DNA from: Pelagibacteraceae bacterium AG-337-I02
Lineage (GTDB): Bacteria > Pseudomonadota > Alphaproteobacteria > HIMB59 > GCA-002718135
NCBI GenBank assembly: GCA_003282155.1
Contig: QBZY01000003.1
Coordinates: forward strand, 27,115 to 91,114
Length of the DNA: 64,000 nucleotides
Direction of reading: 5' to 3'
Shown here piece by piece: positions 18,740-29,902 of this stretch. Each line of letters opens with the position of its first letter. The stretch's first letter is position 1. The position numbers were made by a program, and so were the translations under genes. The notes beneath the pieces were generated by a model. That model was not told the origin of the DNA, ran no database searches, and saw nothing but the letters and a program-made list of their open reading frames with translations.

Positions 18740-21422
18740 TGTCTTCATAATCTTGTATTCTAGAAACTGAGACAATTCTATCACTTTCTGGTATCTTAAA
18801 AATACTTACACCCTTTGTTGATCTTCCAGCTATTCTTATTTGATTTACATTTACTCTAATTATTTGACCTTTATCACTTACAAGAATGATCTCATCATTA
18901 TCTTTAACGACAAAACAGTCAACAACTTCACCATTTTTTTTAGATGTTAATATTCCCGTAATTCCTTTACCTCCTCTATTTGAAATTCTATACTCATAAG
19001 CAGATGATCTTTTGCCAAAACCTTTTGATGTAATAGCTAAAAGAAATTCTTCATTTTTATTTAATTCTTCAAAACCATTTTTAAGAGAAGATGTTTCTTT
19101 TCTACTTTCAGATGCTGCTCTTAAGTATTCTTGTCGTATACTCATATCAATTAATGAGTGTTTTAAAATTGCTAGAGAAATAATATCGTTGCCCTTGTCT
19201 AACTTTATGCCTCTAACACCAGAAGAATTTAAACCAGAAAATAATCTTAATTTTTCAACTGGAAAACGTAAACATTTTCCATTTGATGAAGAGAGTAAAA
19301 TATCATCATTTATAGTACAAAGTTTGACACCAATTAATTCATCTTTTTCATCAAGCTTAATTGATAACTTACCTGAATCACGTAATTCTCTTTTTCCACT
19401 TTTAGCAACATCGATTAATTTATTTTTTCTTACCATTCCATTTTTTGTTGCAAAAATAACATAGCACTTATCCCATTGATTTTCATCCAAAGGCAATGGA
19501 AGAAAAGTAGATATTTTTTCATTAGATTTAAAAGGTAGTAAATTTACTATTGGCTTTCCCCTAGCCTTTAAGCTGGCCTCAGGAACATCATGCGATTTAA
19601 GTGAATATACTTTACCTAATGATGAAAAGACTAAAAGTTTAGTATGAGTATCTGCAAAGTGTATTTCTTTTACAAAATCTTCTTCTCTTGTTGACATACC
19701 AGTTTTACCTTTACCTCCTCTATTTTGGGAACGATAATTAGATAAAAGTGATCTTTTGATATATCCATTATTGGAAATTGTTAAAACTATATCCTCTTGT
19801 TGAATATATTTTAAATCATCTACTTGTTCATATTCTTGATCAATAATTTCACTTCGTCTATCAGTGGCAAATTCTTTTTTTATTTCAGTTAATTCATTCT
19901 CTATTTCTTTTAAAAGAATATCCCTTGAATTAAGTATTGATAAGTAATTTTTTATTTCTAAAATTAAAGCTTCTAAGTCTTTTTGTATATCTTCTCTTTC
20001 TAAAGCAGTTAATTTTTGCAATCTTAATTCTAGAATAGCTTTAGCCTGTGCATCAGAGAAATAGAAAATATTGCTTTTTAATTCTATTGTATCATCCTCA
20101 ACTAATTTAATAAAATTAAGATTTTGTTTAGATACTTTCCATTTCTTTTTAATTAATTTTTCTTTTGCTTCTTTGGAATCTTTTGAACTTTTTATTAATT
20201 CTATAATTTCATCAATATGTTCATTAGTAACAACTAATCCAACTAAAATATGAGCCTTTTCTCTAGCTTTATTAAGATCAAAAAGTGTTCTTTTTATTAT
20301 TACTTCTTCTCTAAAATCTAAAAATGAAGATAAAATTTCTTTTAAATTCATTTGTTCTGGCTTACCTTTATTTAAAGCAAGCATATTAGAATTAAATGTT
20401 GTTTGGATTAATGTATGTTTATATAATTGATTGAGAATAATTTTTGAATCTACATCTTTTTTTAATTCAATAACTACTCTAACACCATTTCTATCTGACT
20501 CATCTCTTAAATCTGATATACCTTCTACAATTCCATTTTTTACAATTTCCGCAATTCTTTCGAGTAATTTTGATTTATTTACTTGGTAAGGAATCTCGTG
20601 AAGAATTATTGCTTCTCGATCTTTTTTAAAATTTTCAATACTAGTTTTTGATCTTACAACACAACTACCTTTTCCAGTTTCAAATGCTTCAGTTATGCCT
20701 TTTTTTCCAATTATTTGCCCTCCTGTAGGAAAATCAGGACCAAAAATATATTTTTGAAGATCAATTATATTACAATTTGGATTTTTAATTAGAAACAATG
20801 ATGCATCTATTATTTCTCCTAAATTGTGTGGAGCAATATTTGTCGCCATTCCAACTGCAATTCCTGATGCACCATTAACTAAAAGATTTGGAAATTGAGA
20901 TGGCAGAACTGAGGGTTCTTTTGTTGTGTCATCATAATTAGGCTGAAAAGTTACGGTATTTTTATCAATATCTTCAACAAGTTTTTCTGATACCTTAGCA
21001 AGTCTTGCTTCAGTGTATCTCATTGCTGCAGGAGGGTCTCCGTCTAAAGATCCAAAATTTCCTTGACCATCAACTAACTCTAATCGCATAGAAAAATCTT
21101 GTGCCATTCTAACCATAGAATTGTAAATAGCTGAGTCTCCGTGAGGATGATATTTACCCATTACATCACCGACTATTCTTGCAGATTTTTTATATGGTTT
21201 ATTAAAATTGTACCCTGACTCGCTCATAGAGTATAATATTCTCCTATGAACTGGCTTTAAGCCATCTCTACAGTCTGGAAGTGCCCTACTAACTATTACA
21301 GACATTGCATAATCCAGGTAGGATTTTTGCATTTCTTGCTCTAAACTTACTGATGGTATATTAGTAGTTTCTTGATTGTCGTTATTTGATGTATCTTTAT
21401 CTTCAGGCACTAAAAAATCCAA
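18732..21422 (-). CDS. gyrA: DNA gyrase subunit A
   Basis: [24 protein letters not shown], active-site Tyr region [10 protein letters not shown], and C-terminal beta-pinwheel repeats. No in-frame ATG lies upstream of the conserved N-terminus, so the start must be TTG (21422) or GTG (21410). Confidence 0.97.
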   Translation of the reverse strand: MDFLVPEDKDTSNNDNQETTNIPSVSLEQEMQKSYLDYAMSVIVSRALPDCRDGLKPVHRRILYSMSESGYNFNKPYKKSARIVGDVMGKYHPHGDSAIYNSMVRMAQDFSMRLELVDGQGNFGSLDGDPPAAMRYTEARLAKVSEKLVEDIDKNTVTFQPNYDDTTKEPSVLPSQFPNLLVNGASGIAVGMATNIAPHNLGEIIDASLFLIKNPNCNIIDLQKYIFGPDFPTGGQIIGKKGITEAFETGKGSCVVRSKTSIENFKKDREAIILHEIPYQVNKSKLLERIAEIVKNGIVEGISDLRDESDRNGVRVVIELKKDVDSKIILNQLYKHTLIQTTFNSNMLALNKGKPEQMNLKEILSSFLDFREEVIIKRTLFDLNKAREKAHILVGLVVTNEHIDEIIELIKSSKDSKEAKEKLIKKKWKVSKQNLNFIKLVEDDTIELKSNIFYFSDAQAKAILELRLQKLTALEREDIQKDLEALILEIKNYLSILNSRDILLKEIENELTEIKKEFATDRRSEIIDQEYEQVDDLKYIQQEDIVLTISNNGYIKRSLLSNYRSQNRGGKGKTGMSTREEDFVKEIHFADTHTKLLVFSSLGKVYSLKSHDVPEASLKARGKPIVNLLPFKSNEKISTFLPLPLDENQWDKCYVIFATKNGMVRKNKLIDVAKSGKRELRDSGKLSIKLDEKDELIGVKLCTINDDILLSSSNGKCLRFPVEKLRLFSGLNSSGVRGIKLDKGNDIISLAILKHSLIDMSIRQEYLRAASESRKETSSLKNGFEELNKNEEFLLAITSKGFGKRSSAYEYRISNRGGKGITGILTSKKNGEVVDCFVVKDNDEIILVSDKGQIIRVNVNQIRIAGRSTKGVSIFKIPESDRIVSVSRIQDYEDNE

Positions 21423-21551
21423 GTTTTCTAAGAAAAATTAAGTATTTTTTATATCAAAAAGCACAATTTAAACCAATATAAATAAAAAATTAAATTATAT
21501 AATAAAAACTATATTATTCAGTAATTAAATTATAGTATCTAATATAAATAT

Positions 21552-22025
21552 TTAAAAAGGTATATCTTCATCTAAATCATCAGAATCACCTGATTGATTT
21601 CCAAAAGAATTATCTTCAATTGGCTTAGATTGATCTATTTCTTGAGAATTATCAGATATCTGAGAATTACTATTTCTGCTATCTAAGAGAGTTAAATTAC
21701 AATTATAACCCTGTAAAATGACTTCTGTAGTGTATCTATCATTTCCATCTTTATCTTGCCATTTCCTTGTTTGAAGCTCTCCTTCAATATAAATTTTAGA
21801 TCCTTTTTTTACATATTTTTCTACTATATCAACTAACCCGTCTCCAAATACTACTATGTTATGCCAAGATGTTTTTTCTTTTTGTTCTTGTGTGTTTCTA
21901 TCTTTCCATCTTTTTGATGTTGCTATTGAAAATGAAGCCATTTTAGCTCCAGACTGCATAGATCTAATCTCAGGGTCTCTTCCCAAGTTTCCTAATAAAA
22001 TTGTTTTATTAACACTACCAACCAT
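21552..22025 (-). CDS. ssb: single-stranded DNA-binding protein
   Basis: OB-fold N-terminus MVGSVNKTILLGNLGRDPE and acidic tail ending DEDIPF. The track ORF extends to 22046. The ATG at 22025 matches the family N-terminus. Confidence 0.95.
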   Translation of the reverse strand: MVGSVNKTILLGNLGRDPEIRSMQSGAKMASFSIATSKRWKDRNTQEQKEKTSWHNIVVFGDGLVDIVEKYVKKGSKIYIEGELQTRKWQDKDGNDRYTTEVILQGYNCNLTLLDSRNSNSQISDNSQEIDQSKPIEDNSFGNQSGDSDDLDEDIPF

Positions 22026-22082
22026 AAGAATACTATATATATCCATATAACATATTAAAGTTATTAGATAACACTAATATTC

Positions 22083-24887
22083 ATGAATTTAGATAAAATT
22101 GTTATAAAAGGTGCGAGAGAGCACAATCTTAAAAACATAAACTTAGAAATACCAAAGAATAAACTCGTAGTAATAACTGGTGTAAGTGGCTCAGGAAAAT
22201 CGACGTTAGCATTTGATACAATTTATTCTGAGGGACAAAGAAAATATGTTGAAAGTCTTTCTGCATATGCAAGACAATTTCTTCAAATGATGAATAAGCC
22301 TGATGTAGATAGTATTGACGGTCTATCACCAGCTATTTCTATTGAACAAAAAACAACACAAAAAAATCCAAGAAGCACCGTTGGAACTGTTACTGAAATT
22401 TATGACTACCTTAGAGTTTTATATGCTAGAGTTGGCGTTCCATACTCTCCAACAACAGGTAAACCAATTAAATCACAATCAGTAAGTGAAATGACTGATC
22501 TCATAATTAAAAATAATATTGATAAAAGAATTTATATTTTATCTCCAATAGTTAGAGATAGAAAAGGTGAATATCGAAAAGAAATAGAAGATTTAAAAAA
22601 AAGAGGTTATCAACGTCTCAAAGTAGATAATGTTGTTTATGATATAGATGAAGTACCTTCACTTAAAAAGAATTTCAAACACAATATTCATGTTGTAATT
22701 GATCGACTTGTTGTAAAAAAAAACATTCAACAAAGACTGAGTGAAAGTATAGAAGTTGCGTTAACACTCTCTGATGGTTTATTGTATTTAGAGAATCTAG
22801 ATACAAATAAAATATCGATATTTTCATCAAAATTTGCATGCCCTGTATCTGGATTTAGTATTGAAGAAATTGAACCTAGGTTATTTAGTTTTAATGCTCC
22901 ACAAGGTGCCTGTTCTGAATGTGATGGACTAGGGGTTGAAAAATATTTTGATGAAAACAAAATTGTGCCCGATGAAACAAGATCAATATCCGATGGAGCT
23001 ATTAAGCCATGGGAAACGAAGGTATTTGGTTATCAAAAAAAATATTTTGTTGAAACAATAGATAAAATTTTAAAACAATTTAAAGTTAAAAGAAATGTTC
23101 CATGGAGTCAAATTCCAAAAAAAGTAAAAAATATTATTCTTTATGGAGATGAGAACAGTGAATTAAATTTTTTATTTGATTTTGAGGGTATAATTAACTT
23201 TATTGATAGAAAATATGAAGAAACTGAGAGATGGTGGCTTCAATATGAACTAGAAAAATATTTATCTGAAAGAGACTGTGAAGTTTGTAAAGGTTACCGC
23301 CTTAATGAGAAAGCTTTAGCTGTAAGAATTGATGAAAATCATATTGGTAACATTACAAAAAAATCAATTAGTGAGTGTTTAAGTTGGTTTTCATCACTTG
23401 AGGGTAAACTTGACAAAAATAATAAAAAAATTGCAGAGGGAGTAATTAAAGAAATTAAGGATAGATTAGTTTTTTTAAATAGAGTCGGTTTAGATTATCT
23501 ATCATTGGCAAGAGCTAGCAAAACTTTATCTGGAGGTGAAAGTCAAAGAATTAGATTAGCAAGTCAAATTGGTTCTGGTTTAACAGGAGTTTTGTATGTT
23601 TTGGATGAACCTTCTATTGGATTACATCAAAAAGATAATCAACAACTTATAGAAACATTATTTAGATTAAGAGATTTGGGGAATACAGTAATTGTTGTTG
23701 AACATGATGAAGACGCAATTAGACAATCAGATCATATTATTGATATTGGTGTTAAGGCAGGAGTTAATGGAGGTCATATAATTGCAGAGGGAGGACTAAA
23801 AAAAATACTTAAAAATAATAAAAGTTTGACAGCAAAATATTTAAATAAATCCTTAGAAATAGAAGTTCCAAAAAATAGAAGAAAATTTAATAAAAATAAA
23901 GTTTTCAAACTTAATAAAATAAAAACAAACAATTTAGATAATCTTGATATCACTTTACCTTTAGGTAATTTTATTTCTGTGACAGGTGTATCCGGAAGTG
24001 GTAAATCTTCATTAATTATTGATACATTGTATCAAAGATTAGATGAATATTTCAATAAATCTTTAAATAAAGATGAGGGTCGTTTTAACTTTAAAGGTAT
24101 CAATCATATTGATAAAGTAATTGATATTGATCAATCTCCTATTGGAAGAACGCCAAGATCAAACCCAGCAACATATACAGGATGTTTTACTCCAATAAGA
24201 GATTGGTTTGCAAACTTAAATGAGTCTAGTGCTAGAGGTTATAAACCAGGTCGTTTTTCATTCAACGTTAAGGGAGGTAGATGTGAGTCATGCGAAGGGG
24301 ATGGTGTAAAAAAAATAGAAATGCATTTTTTAGCTGATGTTTATGTCGAGTGTGATATTTGCAAAGGTAAAAGGTATAATAGAGAGACTTTAGAAGTAAA
24401 ATATAAGGATAAATCTATTTCTGATGTTTTAGAAATGACAGTCGAGGAAGGTTATAAATTTTTCGATAAAATTCCTGCGATAAAACAAAAATTACAAACT
24501 TTAATGGATGTCGGATTAGATTATATAAAAATAGGTCAATCAGCTACTACTTTGTCAGGTGGCGAAGCACAAAGAATAAAATTATCCAAAGAATTATCAA
24601 AAAGATCAACAGGAAAAACATTGTATATTCTAGATGAACCAACAACCGGTCTTCATTTTGATGATGTCAAAAAATTACTTAAGATACTTCATACACTTGT
24701 TGATGAAGGTAATACTGTAATCGTTATTGAGCATAATCTTGATGTTATTAAAACATCTGATCATATAATTGATCTGGGTCCTCTAGGAGGTGTAAATGGT
24801 GGTAAAATTGTTGGAACTGGAACACCTGAAGATATTGCAAATAATAAAAAAAGCTTTACAGGTAAATTTTTAAAGAAAATTTTATAA
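22083..24887 (+). CDS. uvrA: excinuclease ABC subunit A
   Basis: 934 aa. Two ABC modules (GVSGSGKS twice; LSGGESQR and LSGGEAQR). CxxC zinc modules. Confidence 0.97.
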   Translation: MNLDKIVIKGAREHNLKNINLEIPKNKLVVITGVSGSGKSTLAFDTIYSEGQRKYVESLSAYARQFLQMMNKPDVDSIDGLSPAISIEQKTTQKNPRSTVGTVTEIYDYLRVLYARVGVPYSPTTGKPIKSQSVSEMTDLIIKNNIDKRIYILSPIVRDRKGEYRKEIEDLKKRGYQRLKVDNVVYDIDEVPSLKKNFKHNIHVVIDRLVVKKNIQQRLSESIEVALTLSDGLLYLENLDTNKISIFSSKFACPVSGFSIEEIEPRLFSFNAPQGACSECDGLGVEKYFDENKIVPDETRSISDGAIKPWETKVFGYQKKYFVETIDKILKQFKVKRNVPWSQIPKKVKNIILYGDENSELNFLFDFEGIINFIDRKYEETERWWLQYELEKYLSERDCEVCKGYRLNEKALAVRIDENHIGNITKKSISECLSWFSSLEGKLDKNNKKIAEGVIKEIKDRLVFLNRVGLDYLSLARASKTLSGGESQRIRLASQIGSGLTGVLYVLDEPSIGLHQKDNQQLIETLFRLRDLGNTVIVVEHDEDAIRQSDHIIDIGVKAGVNGGHIIAEGGLKKILKNNKSLTAKYLNKSLEIEVPKNRRKFNKNKVFKLNKIKTNNLDNLDITLPLGNFISVTGVSGSGKSSLIIDTLYQRLDEYFNKSLNKDEGRFNFKGINHIDKVIDIDQSPIGRTPRSNPATYTGCFTPIRDWFANLNESSARGYKPGRFSFNVKGGRCESCEGDGVKKIEMHFLADVYVECDICKGKRYNRETLEVKYKDKSISDVLEMTVEEGYKFFDKIPAIKQKLQTLMDVGLDYIKIGQSATTLSGGEAQRIKLSKELSKRSTGKTLYILDEPTTGLHFDDVKKLLKILHTLVDEGNTVIVIEHNLDVIKTSDHIIDLGPLGGVNGGKIVGTGTPEDIANNKKSFTGKFLKKIL

Positions 24888-24902
24888 ATCAAAGGAAATA
24901 AA

Positions 24903-25499
24903 ATGATAAATCTAGAGTTACCAGATCTAACCTACAGTAAAGATGCTCTAATGCCGTATATGTCGGCTGAAACTTTAGAGTTGCATCATGATAAGCATCA
25001 TATGGCTTACATTACTAATGGAAATAAGTTTATTAAAGAACAAAACATAGCGGATGATAATGTTAATGATATAGTAATCAACTCTTATCAAAAAAATGCT
25101 CCAGTTTTCAACAATGTAGCACAACATATAAATCATGTTCATTTTTGGGAAGTAATGAAAAATAATCCAGATGGTAAAATTCCCTCTGAGCTTGAAAATA
25201 AGATTGTCTCAGATATTGGTTCAGTTGAAAAAATGAAAGAAGATTTTATAAATGCAGGTATTGGTCAATTTGGATCAGGTTGGTGTTGGTTAGTTTTAAA
25301 TAATGGAAAATTAGAAATTACTAAAACACCTAATGGAGAAAACCCAATTGTACATGGTCACACTCCTCTACTTGGATGTGATGTTTGGGAACATTCATAT
25401 TATGTTGATTATAGAAACAGAAGACCTGATTATTTAAAAGCTTTTATTGATAATTTGGTTAATTGGGAAAAAGTTACAGAGAATTTAAACAACGTTTAG
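24903..25499 (+). CDS. sodB: Fe/Mn superoxide dismutase
   Basis: LELHHDKHH and DVWEHSYY motifs. 198 aa. Confidence 0.9.
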   Translation: MINLELPDLTYSKDALMPYMSAETLELHHDKHHMAYITNGNKFIKEQNIADDNVNDIVINSYQKNAPVFNNVAQHINHVHFWEVMKNNPDGKIPSELENKIVSDIGSVEKMKEDFINAGIGQFGSGWCWLVLNNGKLEITKTPNGENPIVHGHTPLLGCDVWEHSYYVDYRNRRPDYLKAFIDNLVNWEKVTENLNNV

Positions 25500-26395
25500 T
25501 CATTTTCATCTTGCGGTCTAAACTTAAAAATTAATAAAGTTGGGACCGCAATGAAAACTGATGAGTAAGTACCAATTATTACACCAATAATCATTGTTAA
25601 AGCAAAGGGTCTAATAACCTCTCCACCAAATATAAACAAAGATACCAATGCAAGAAGTGTAGTTAAACTTGTCATTATAGTTCTAGATAAAGTGTTATTA
25701 ATTGATAAGTTAAATAATTCTACTAAATCGAGTTTTTTATATTTTCTTAAATTTTCACGAACCCTATCAAATATTACTACTGTATCGTTAATGGAATAAC
25801 CAGCAATTGTAAGAATTGCTGCTATTGTTGCGAGAGAAAATTCAACATTTAAGATAGAGAGCAATCCAAGAGTGAACAATACATCATGAGTTAATGCAAC
25901 AACTGCTCCAAAGCCAAATTGCCATTCAAAGCGCAACCAAATATAAATTAAAATAGCAATTAATGCAAAAGAGACGGCCTGAAATCCTCTATACAAAAGC
26001 TCAGAACTTATTGTGGGGCCTACAAATTCAGACCTTCTAAACTCAACTACTTTATCTTGAATTAAATTTTTAACAGAATTTACTGTTTCAATACTTTCTT
26101 GATTACTTTTATTCTGAAGCCTAATTAAAATAATATTTTCATCACCAAATTCTTGTAAAGATACATCGCTATAAGAAGAAGATAAAATTTCTCTTAATTC
26201 ACCAATTGAAGTATTTTTTGTACTTACTTCGATTAATGTACCTCCTTTGAAATCAATACCAAGGTTTAAACCTTTTATACTTATTAAACAAATTGAAATT
26301 AAAATTGCTAAAATAGAAAAAATTAAGAAATTTCTTCTTAAACCTAAAAAATTAATATTCGGTTCAAACGGAATAATTTTATTTAAACCGAACAT
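25496..26395 (-). CDS. secF: protein translocase subunit SecF
   Basis: Six-TM SecDF-type protein with GLNLGIDFKGGT. Its start overlaps the secD stop by 1 nt. Confidence 0.93.
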   Translation of the reverse strand: MFGLNKIIPFEPNINFLGLRRNFLIFSILAILISICLISIKGLNLGIDFKGGTLIEVSTKNTSIGELREILSSSYSDVSLQEFGDENIILIRLQNKSNQESIETVNSVKNLIQDKVVEFRRSEFVGPTISSELLYRGFQAVSFALIAILIYIWLRFEWQFGFGAVVALTHDVLFTLGLLSILNVEFSLATIAAILTIAGYSINDTVVIFDRVRENLRKYKKLDLVELFNLSINNTLSRTIMTSLTTLLALVSLFIFGGEVIRPFALTMIIGVIIGTYSSVFIAVPTLLIFKFRPQDEND

Positions 26396-27945
26396 TATAG
26401 TTTTAATTCCTTTTTATTTGCAAATGATAAATACATATATACTAAAAAATTTGTAAGCATTAAAGCGGTGAACATTGATGCTATTACACCCAAAGATAGT
26501 GTGATGGAAAAACCTCTTATTGGGCCAGAGCCAAAAGCAAACAGTAAAACTGCAGCAATTAATGTAGTGATATTTGCATCAAGTATAGTTGACATAGCTC
26601 TATCGAAACCATTTTTTACAATCTGAAAAACTTTTGTTTGTTTTAAGCTCTCTTCTTTAATTCTTTCAAATATTAGAACATTTGCATCAACTGCCATTCC
26701 AATTGTTAAAACAATTCCTGCTATACCAGGCAATGTTAATGTTGCACCAATTGTTCCTAGTAATGAGATAATAATAAATAAATTTACTATTAATGAAACA
26801 TTAGCAAGAGCTCCAAAAGCTCCATATATGAGTATCATAAATATGCATACTAATACCATACCAATAATTGCAGCTATTTGACCAGCAGCTATGGAGTCAG
26901 CTCCCAAACCAGCCCCAACTGATCTTTCTTCAACTATTTCTAAAGGTGCAGGTAAGGCACCAGATCTTAATAATACTGCAAGATCAGCCGCTTCTTGAGC
27001 ATCAAAGTCACCTGTTATAATTCCAGACCCACCCGTAATTGCACTATTAATTCTTGGTGCAGTAATCACAACTCCATCCAAGATTACAGCCATTCTTTTT
27101 CCAACATTATTTGTTGTTACTTTTCCAAATTTTTGAGCACCTTCAGTATCAAAACGAAATGATACAGCATGACCTTCAGTTTGATCAAACGATCCTTTTG
27201 CATCAATTAAGTTTTCGCCGCCAACAGCTGATTTTTTATCTAATAAATATTTGATATTGATATCATACATATCAGAAACAATAATTTTACCAAAAGGAGC
27301 TAAATTATTTTGTAAAGCTGACGTATTTTCATCATCAACAATATGGAACGTAAGTTTAGCTGTTTTACCTAATAAATCTTTTATTCTTTCAGGGTCTTTG
27401 ACTCCTGGCAATTGTAAAAGAATTCTTTTTTTACCAGATCTTTGTATTAGCGGTTCTTTCGTTCCAGTTTCATCTATTCTTTTCCTCACAATTTCAAGTG
27501 ATTGCTTAATTGCTGAATCTTGTATATTTTTTTTATAATCATCATTTAGTTTTATGATAAGTTTATTGCTATTAATTTGTAAAAATAACCCTCTATACAT
27601 TTGAAAAAAACTATCCCTAATTTCTTTTATTTTATTATTATCATTAAAAGAAACAATTAAACCATTTTCTTCCAATGAAATATTTTCAATTTTTGTAGAT
27701 TTATCTCTTGAAATTAAACGAATACTATCAGCAAAATTGTCTAATTCTTCTTTATATAGTACATCAAGCTGAACTTCTAATAATAAATATGAACCACCTT
27801 GTAAATCTAAACCTAAATTAATCTTATTTTTTAAAAACCAATTTTCTGAATTTTCATCATAAATAATTGAAGGAATTGCAAAAATTATTCCTAATAAAAC
27901 TAATGATATTACAGTAAATGATTTCCAGATGGGATAATTTTTCAT
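26395..27945 (-). CDS. secD: protein translocase subunit SecD
   Basis: 516 aa. LGLDLQGGSYLLLEV periplasmic-domain motif and the C-terminal SecDF TM bundle. Confidence 0.95.
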   Translation of the reverse strand: MKNYPIWKSFTVISLVLLGIIFAIPSIIYDENSENWFLKNKINLGLDLQGGSYLLLEVQLDVLYKEELDNFADSIRLISRDKSTKIENISLEENGLIVSFNDNNKIKEIRDSFFQMYRGLFLQINSNKLIIKLNDDYKKNIQDSAIKQSLEIVRKRIDETGTKEPLIQRSGKKRILLQLPGVKDPERIKDLLGKTAKLTFHIVDDENTSALQNNLAPFGKIIVSDMYDINIKYLLDKKSAVGGENLIDAKGSFDQTEGHAVSFRFDTEGAQKFGKVTTNNVGKRMAVILDGVVITAPRINSAITGGSGIITGDFDAQEAADLAVLLRSGALPAPLEIVEERSVGAGLGADSIAAGQIAAIIGMVLVCIFMILIYGAFGALANVSLIVNLFIIISLLGTIGATLTLPGIAGIVLTIGMAVDANVLIFERIKEESLKQTKVFQIVKNGFDRAMSTILDANITTLIAAVLLFAFGSGPIRGFSITLSLGVIASMFTALMLTNFLVYMYLSFANKKELKL

Positions 27946-27957
27946 TAATAAAAAATT

Positions 27958-28299
27958 TTATTTTTTTTTAGAAAATAAAGAGAAGCCAGATTTACTTTTA
28001 TTCTCTTCTTTTAGTGGTTCTTTTTTTTGAACTTCTGGCATTGAATATAAATCTGCTACCATTCCTGATGCAATTTTTATTTCAACATTTTCAGCAACTT
28101 CTAAGGTTAATTCCCTATTATCAGCTACCTTATTTATAGTTCCTATAATTCCACCTGAAGTTACTATTTTATCTCCTCTTTTGAGATTTGATAGCATTTC
28201 TTTGTGCTGTTTAACTTTTCTTTGTTGTGGTCTAATTAGTAAAAAATAAAAAACTACAAATATTAATATAAGTGGTAAAAATGTTCCAAATGCTTCCAT
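27958..28299 (-). CDS. yajC: preprotein translocase subunit YajC
   Basis: Single TM followed by IRPQQRK...GDKIVTSGGIIGTI. Immediately upstream of secD. Confidence 0.85.
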   Translation of the reverse strand: MEAFGTFLPLILIFVVFYFLLIRPQQRKVKQHKEMLSNLKRGDKIVTSGGIIGTINKVADNRELTLEVAENVEIKIASGMVADLYSMPEVQKKEPLKEENKSKSGFSLFSKKK

Positions 28300-28374
28300 A
28301 ATAGTACCTATGATAATTTAATTTGAGAGATTTATTATACTGTGTAATAAGAAAAATCAAATAAAGTATTTATC

Positions 28375-29178
28375 ATGTTTTTAAGCAATTTATTATCAAA
28401 TTATACACTCTCAAGAGGAAATGCATTTATATGGGATAGCAAAATAAAAAACCTTAAAATAATCACTCATTTTAGATTTATAGATCTTGATCTTTTAATT
28501 GGAATAGAAAGACAAAAGAAAACAATGTATGATAATACGATAAATTTTGCAAAAGGAAATTTTACAAATAATGCCTTATTATGGGGATCTAGGGGTAATG
28601 GTAAAAGTTCACTAATTAAATCAGTTTTTTATGAGATAAATAAAAAAAATAAAAATTTAAAATTAATACAATTAAATAAAAATAATATTTTTGATATTGA
28701 AATTATTTATGAAAAATATGCAAATTTAAAGAATTATAATTTTATAATTTTTATTGATGATTTGTCATTTGAAAAGATAGATAGTGATTACAAAATAATT
28801 AAATCTACTTTAGATGGAAGTATACAAAATCAGCCTAAAAATATTGTTCTTTATGTAACTTCTAATAGAAGACATTTAATGCCTAGAGATATGATAGAAA
28901 ATGAAAGATCTTCTGCTATTCATACAGATGAAAGTGTTGAAGAAAAAATAAGTTTAAGTGATCGTTTTGGTTTATGGATTGGCTTTCATAATATTTCTCA
29001 AAATGATTTTGTTAAAATAATTTTTAAGTATTGTGGTAAATTTAAACTTCCTTTTAATGAAAAGACTGAAAAAGAAGCAATTAAATGGAGTTTACAAAGG
29101 GGTAATAGAACAGGTAGATCAGCATGGCAATTTATTATTAATTATGCGGCTGAGAATAATAAAAAAATAGATTTTTAA
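28375..29178 (+). CDS. DUF815-type AAA/P-loop ATPase
   Basis: P-loop GSRGNGKSSL and Walker B-like FIIFIDDLSF. Divergent from yajC, as in many Alphaproteobacteria. Confidence 0.65.
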   Translation: MFLSNLLSNYTLSRGNAFIWDSKIKNLKIITHFRFIDLDLLIGIERQKKTMYDNTINFAKGNFTNNALLWGSRGNGKSSLIKSVFYEINKKNKNLKLIQLNKNNIFDIEIIYEKYANLKNYNFIIFIDDLSFEKIDSDYKIIKSTLDGSIQNQPKNIVLYVTSNRRHLMPRDMIENERSSAIHTDESVEEKISLSDRFGLWIGFHNISQNDFVKIIFKYCGKFKLPFNEKTEKEAIKWSLQRGNRTGRSAWQFIINYAAENNKKIDF

Positions 29179-29179
29179 T

Positions 29180-29902
29180 TTATTCAAAATTAAATTTTAT
29201 TTTTTCTAAACCTGATACACCGTCCTTTAAGTGATAAATATTTACTTGATTTAGCTGTTCAACAAATCCATTAGCTAAAATTGAAGATATTTCTCCTTTT
29301 TGGCTTATAAAAATAACTTTCTCTCCTATTTGAACATTTTCTTTATACTTTTCAAAAAAATCTGGAAAAAAATTCCCATATTTATCAAATGCTGTTATCT
29401 GTATTGCTCCTGGTATTTTATTTTTATTATTTATTTGATCTTCATCTCTAATATCTATTATTTTAAAATCATCAGTCATCGCTAGTTTTAATTGGTTACC
29501 ATCTATTTCCTTATACCCAGGTGGAATTACTTTTATTACTTCAATATCAAAAATAAGATTTGATTTTGGAGGAATTAAATTTCCTGCACCAATTTCTCCA
29601 TAAGCCAATTGATAAGGAATTAATATTGTTCTTTTTCCACCCTCTCTCATACCAAGTAAACCAGTTTCCCAACCTAGGATTACTTTTCTTACACCTATTT
29701 GAAAATCAAAAAATTGACCCCTATCATATGAACTATCAAAAACAGTATTGTCTTCTAGTCTACCAATATAATGAACAGATAATTTTGAATGATTTTTTAC
29801 TTCTAAACCATTGCCAATGGTTTCATTTAAGATCTTAACTTCGGTAGAAAAAGATTTATAACTAAAAAAGAAAAGAAATAGAAATAGAAAAATTTTATAC
29901 AT
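29180..29902 (-). CDS. secreted FKBP-type peptidyl-prolyl isomerase fused to a rhodanese-homology domain
   Basis: Signal peptide. FKBP core: VHYIGRLEDNTVFDSSYDRGQFFDFQIGVRKVILGWETGLLGMREGGKRTILIP...LIFDIEVIKV. C-terminal rhodanese-like segment: IIDIRDEDQ...IPGAIQI...VIFISQKGEISS. Confidence 0.75.
   Translation of the reverse strand: MYKIFLFLFLFFFSYKSFSTEVKILNETIGNGLEVKNHSKLSVHYIGRLEDNTVFDSSYDRGQFFDFQIGVRKVILGWETGLLGMREGGKRTILIPYQLAYGEIGAGNLIPPKSNLIFDIEVIKVIPPGYKEIDGNQLKLAMTDDFKIIDIRDEDQINNKNKIPGAIQITAFDKYGNFFPDFFEKYKENVQIGEKVIFISQKGEISSILANGFVEQLNQVNIYHLKDGVSGLEKIKFNFE

Noticed and set aside
19012-19464. 150-aa plus-strand ORF antisense to gyrA. Similar antisense or alternative-frame ORFs in the track: 49551-50036, 63099-63413, 41596-41922, 27251-27538, 13086-13358, 9336-9611, 4508-4720 and others.
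   Set aside because: Each lies wholly inside a strongly supported gene. They have low-complexity F/L/I/S/K-rich translations with no motifs. Long spurious antisense frames are expected when stop codons are depleted opposite to real codons.
22026-22082. Possible SOS (LexA) operator in the divergent ssb/uvrA spacer, as in E. coli.
   Set aside because: I found neither the alphaproteobacterial GTTC-N7-GTTC/GAAC-N7-GAAC direct repeat nor a CTG-N10-CAG palindrome in the 57-nt spacer.
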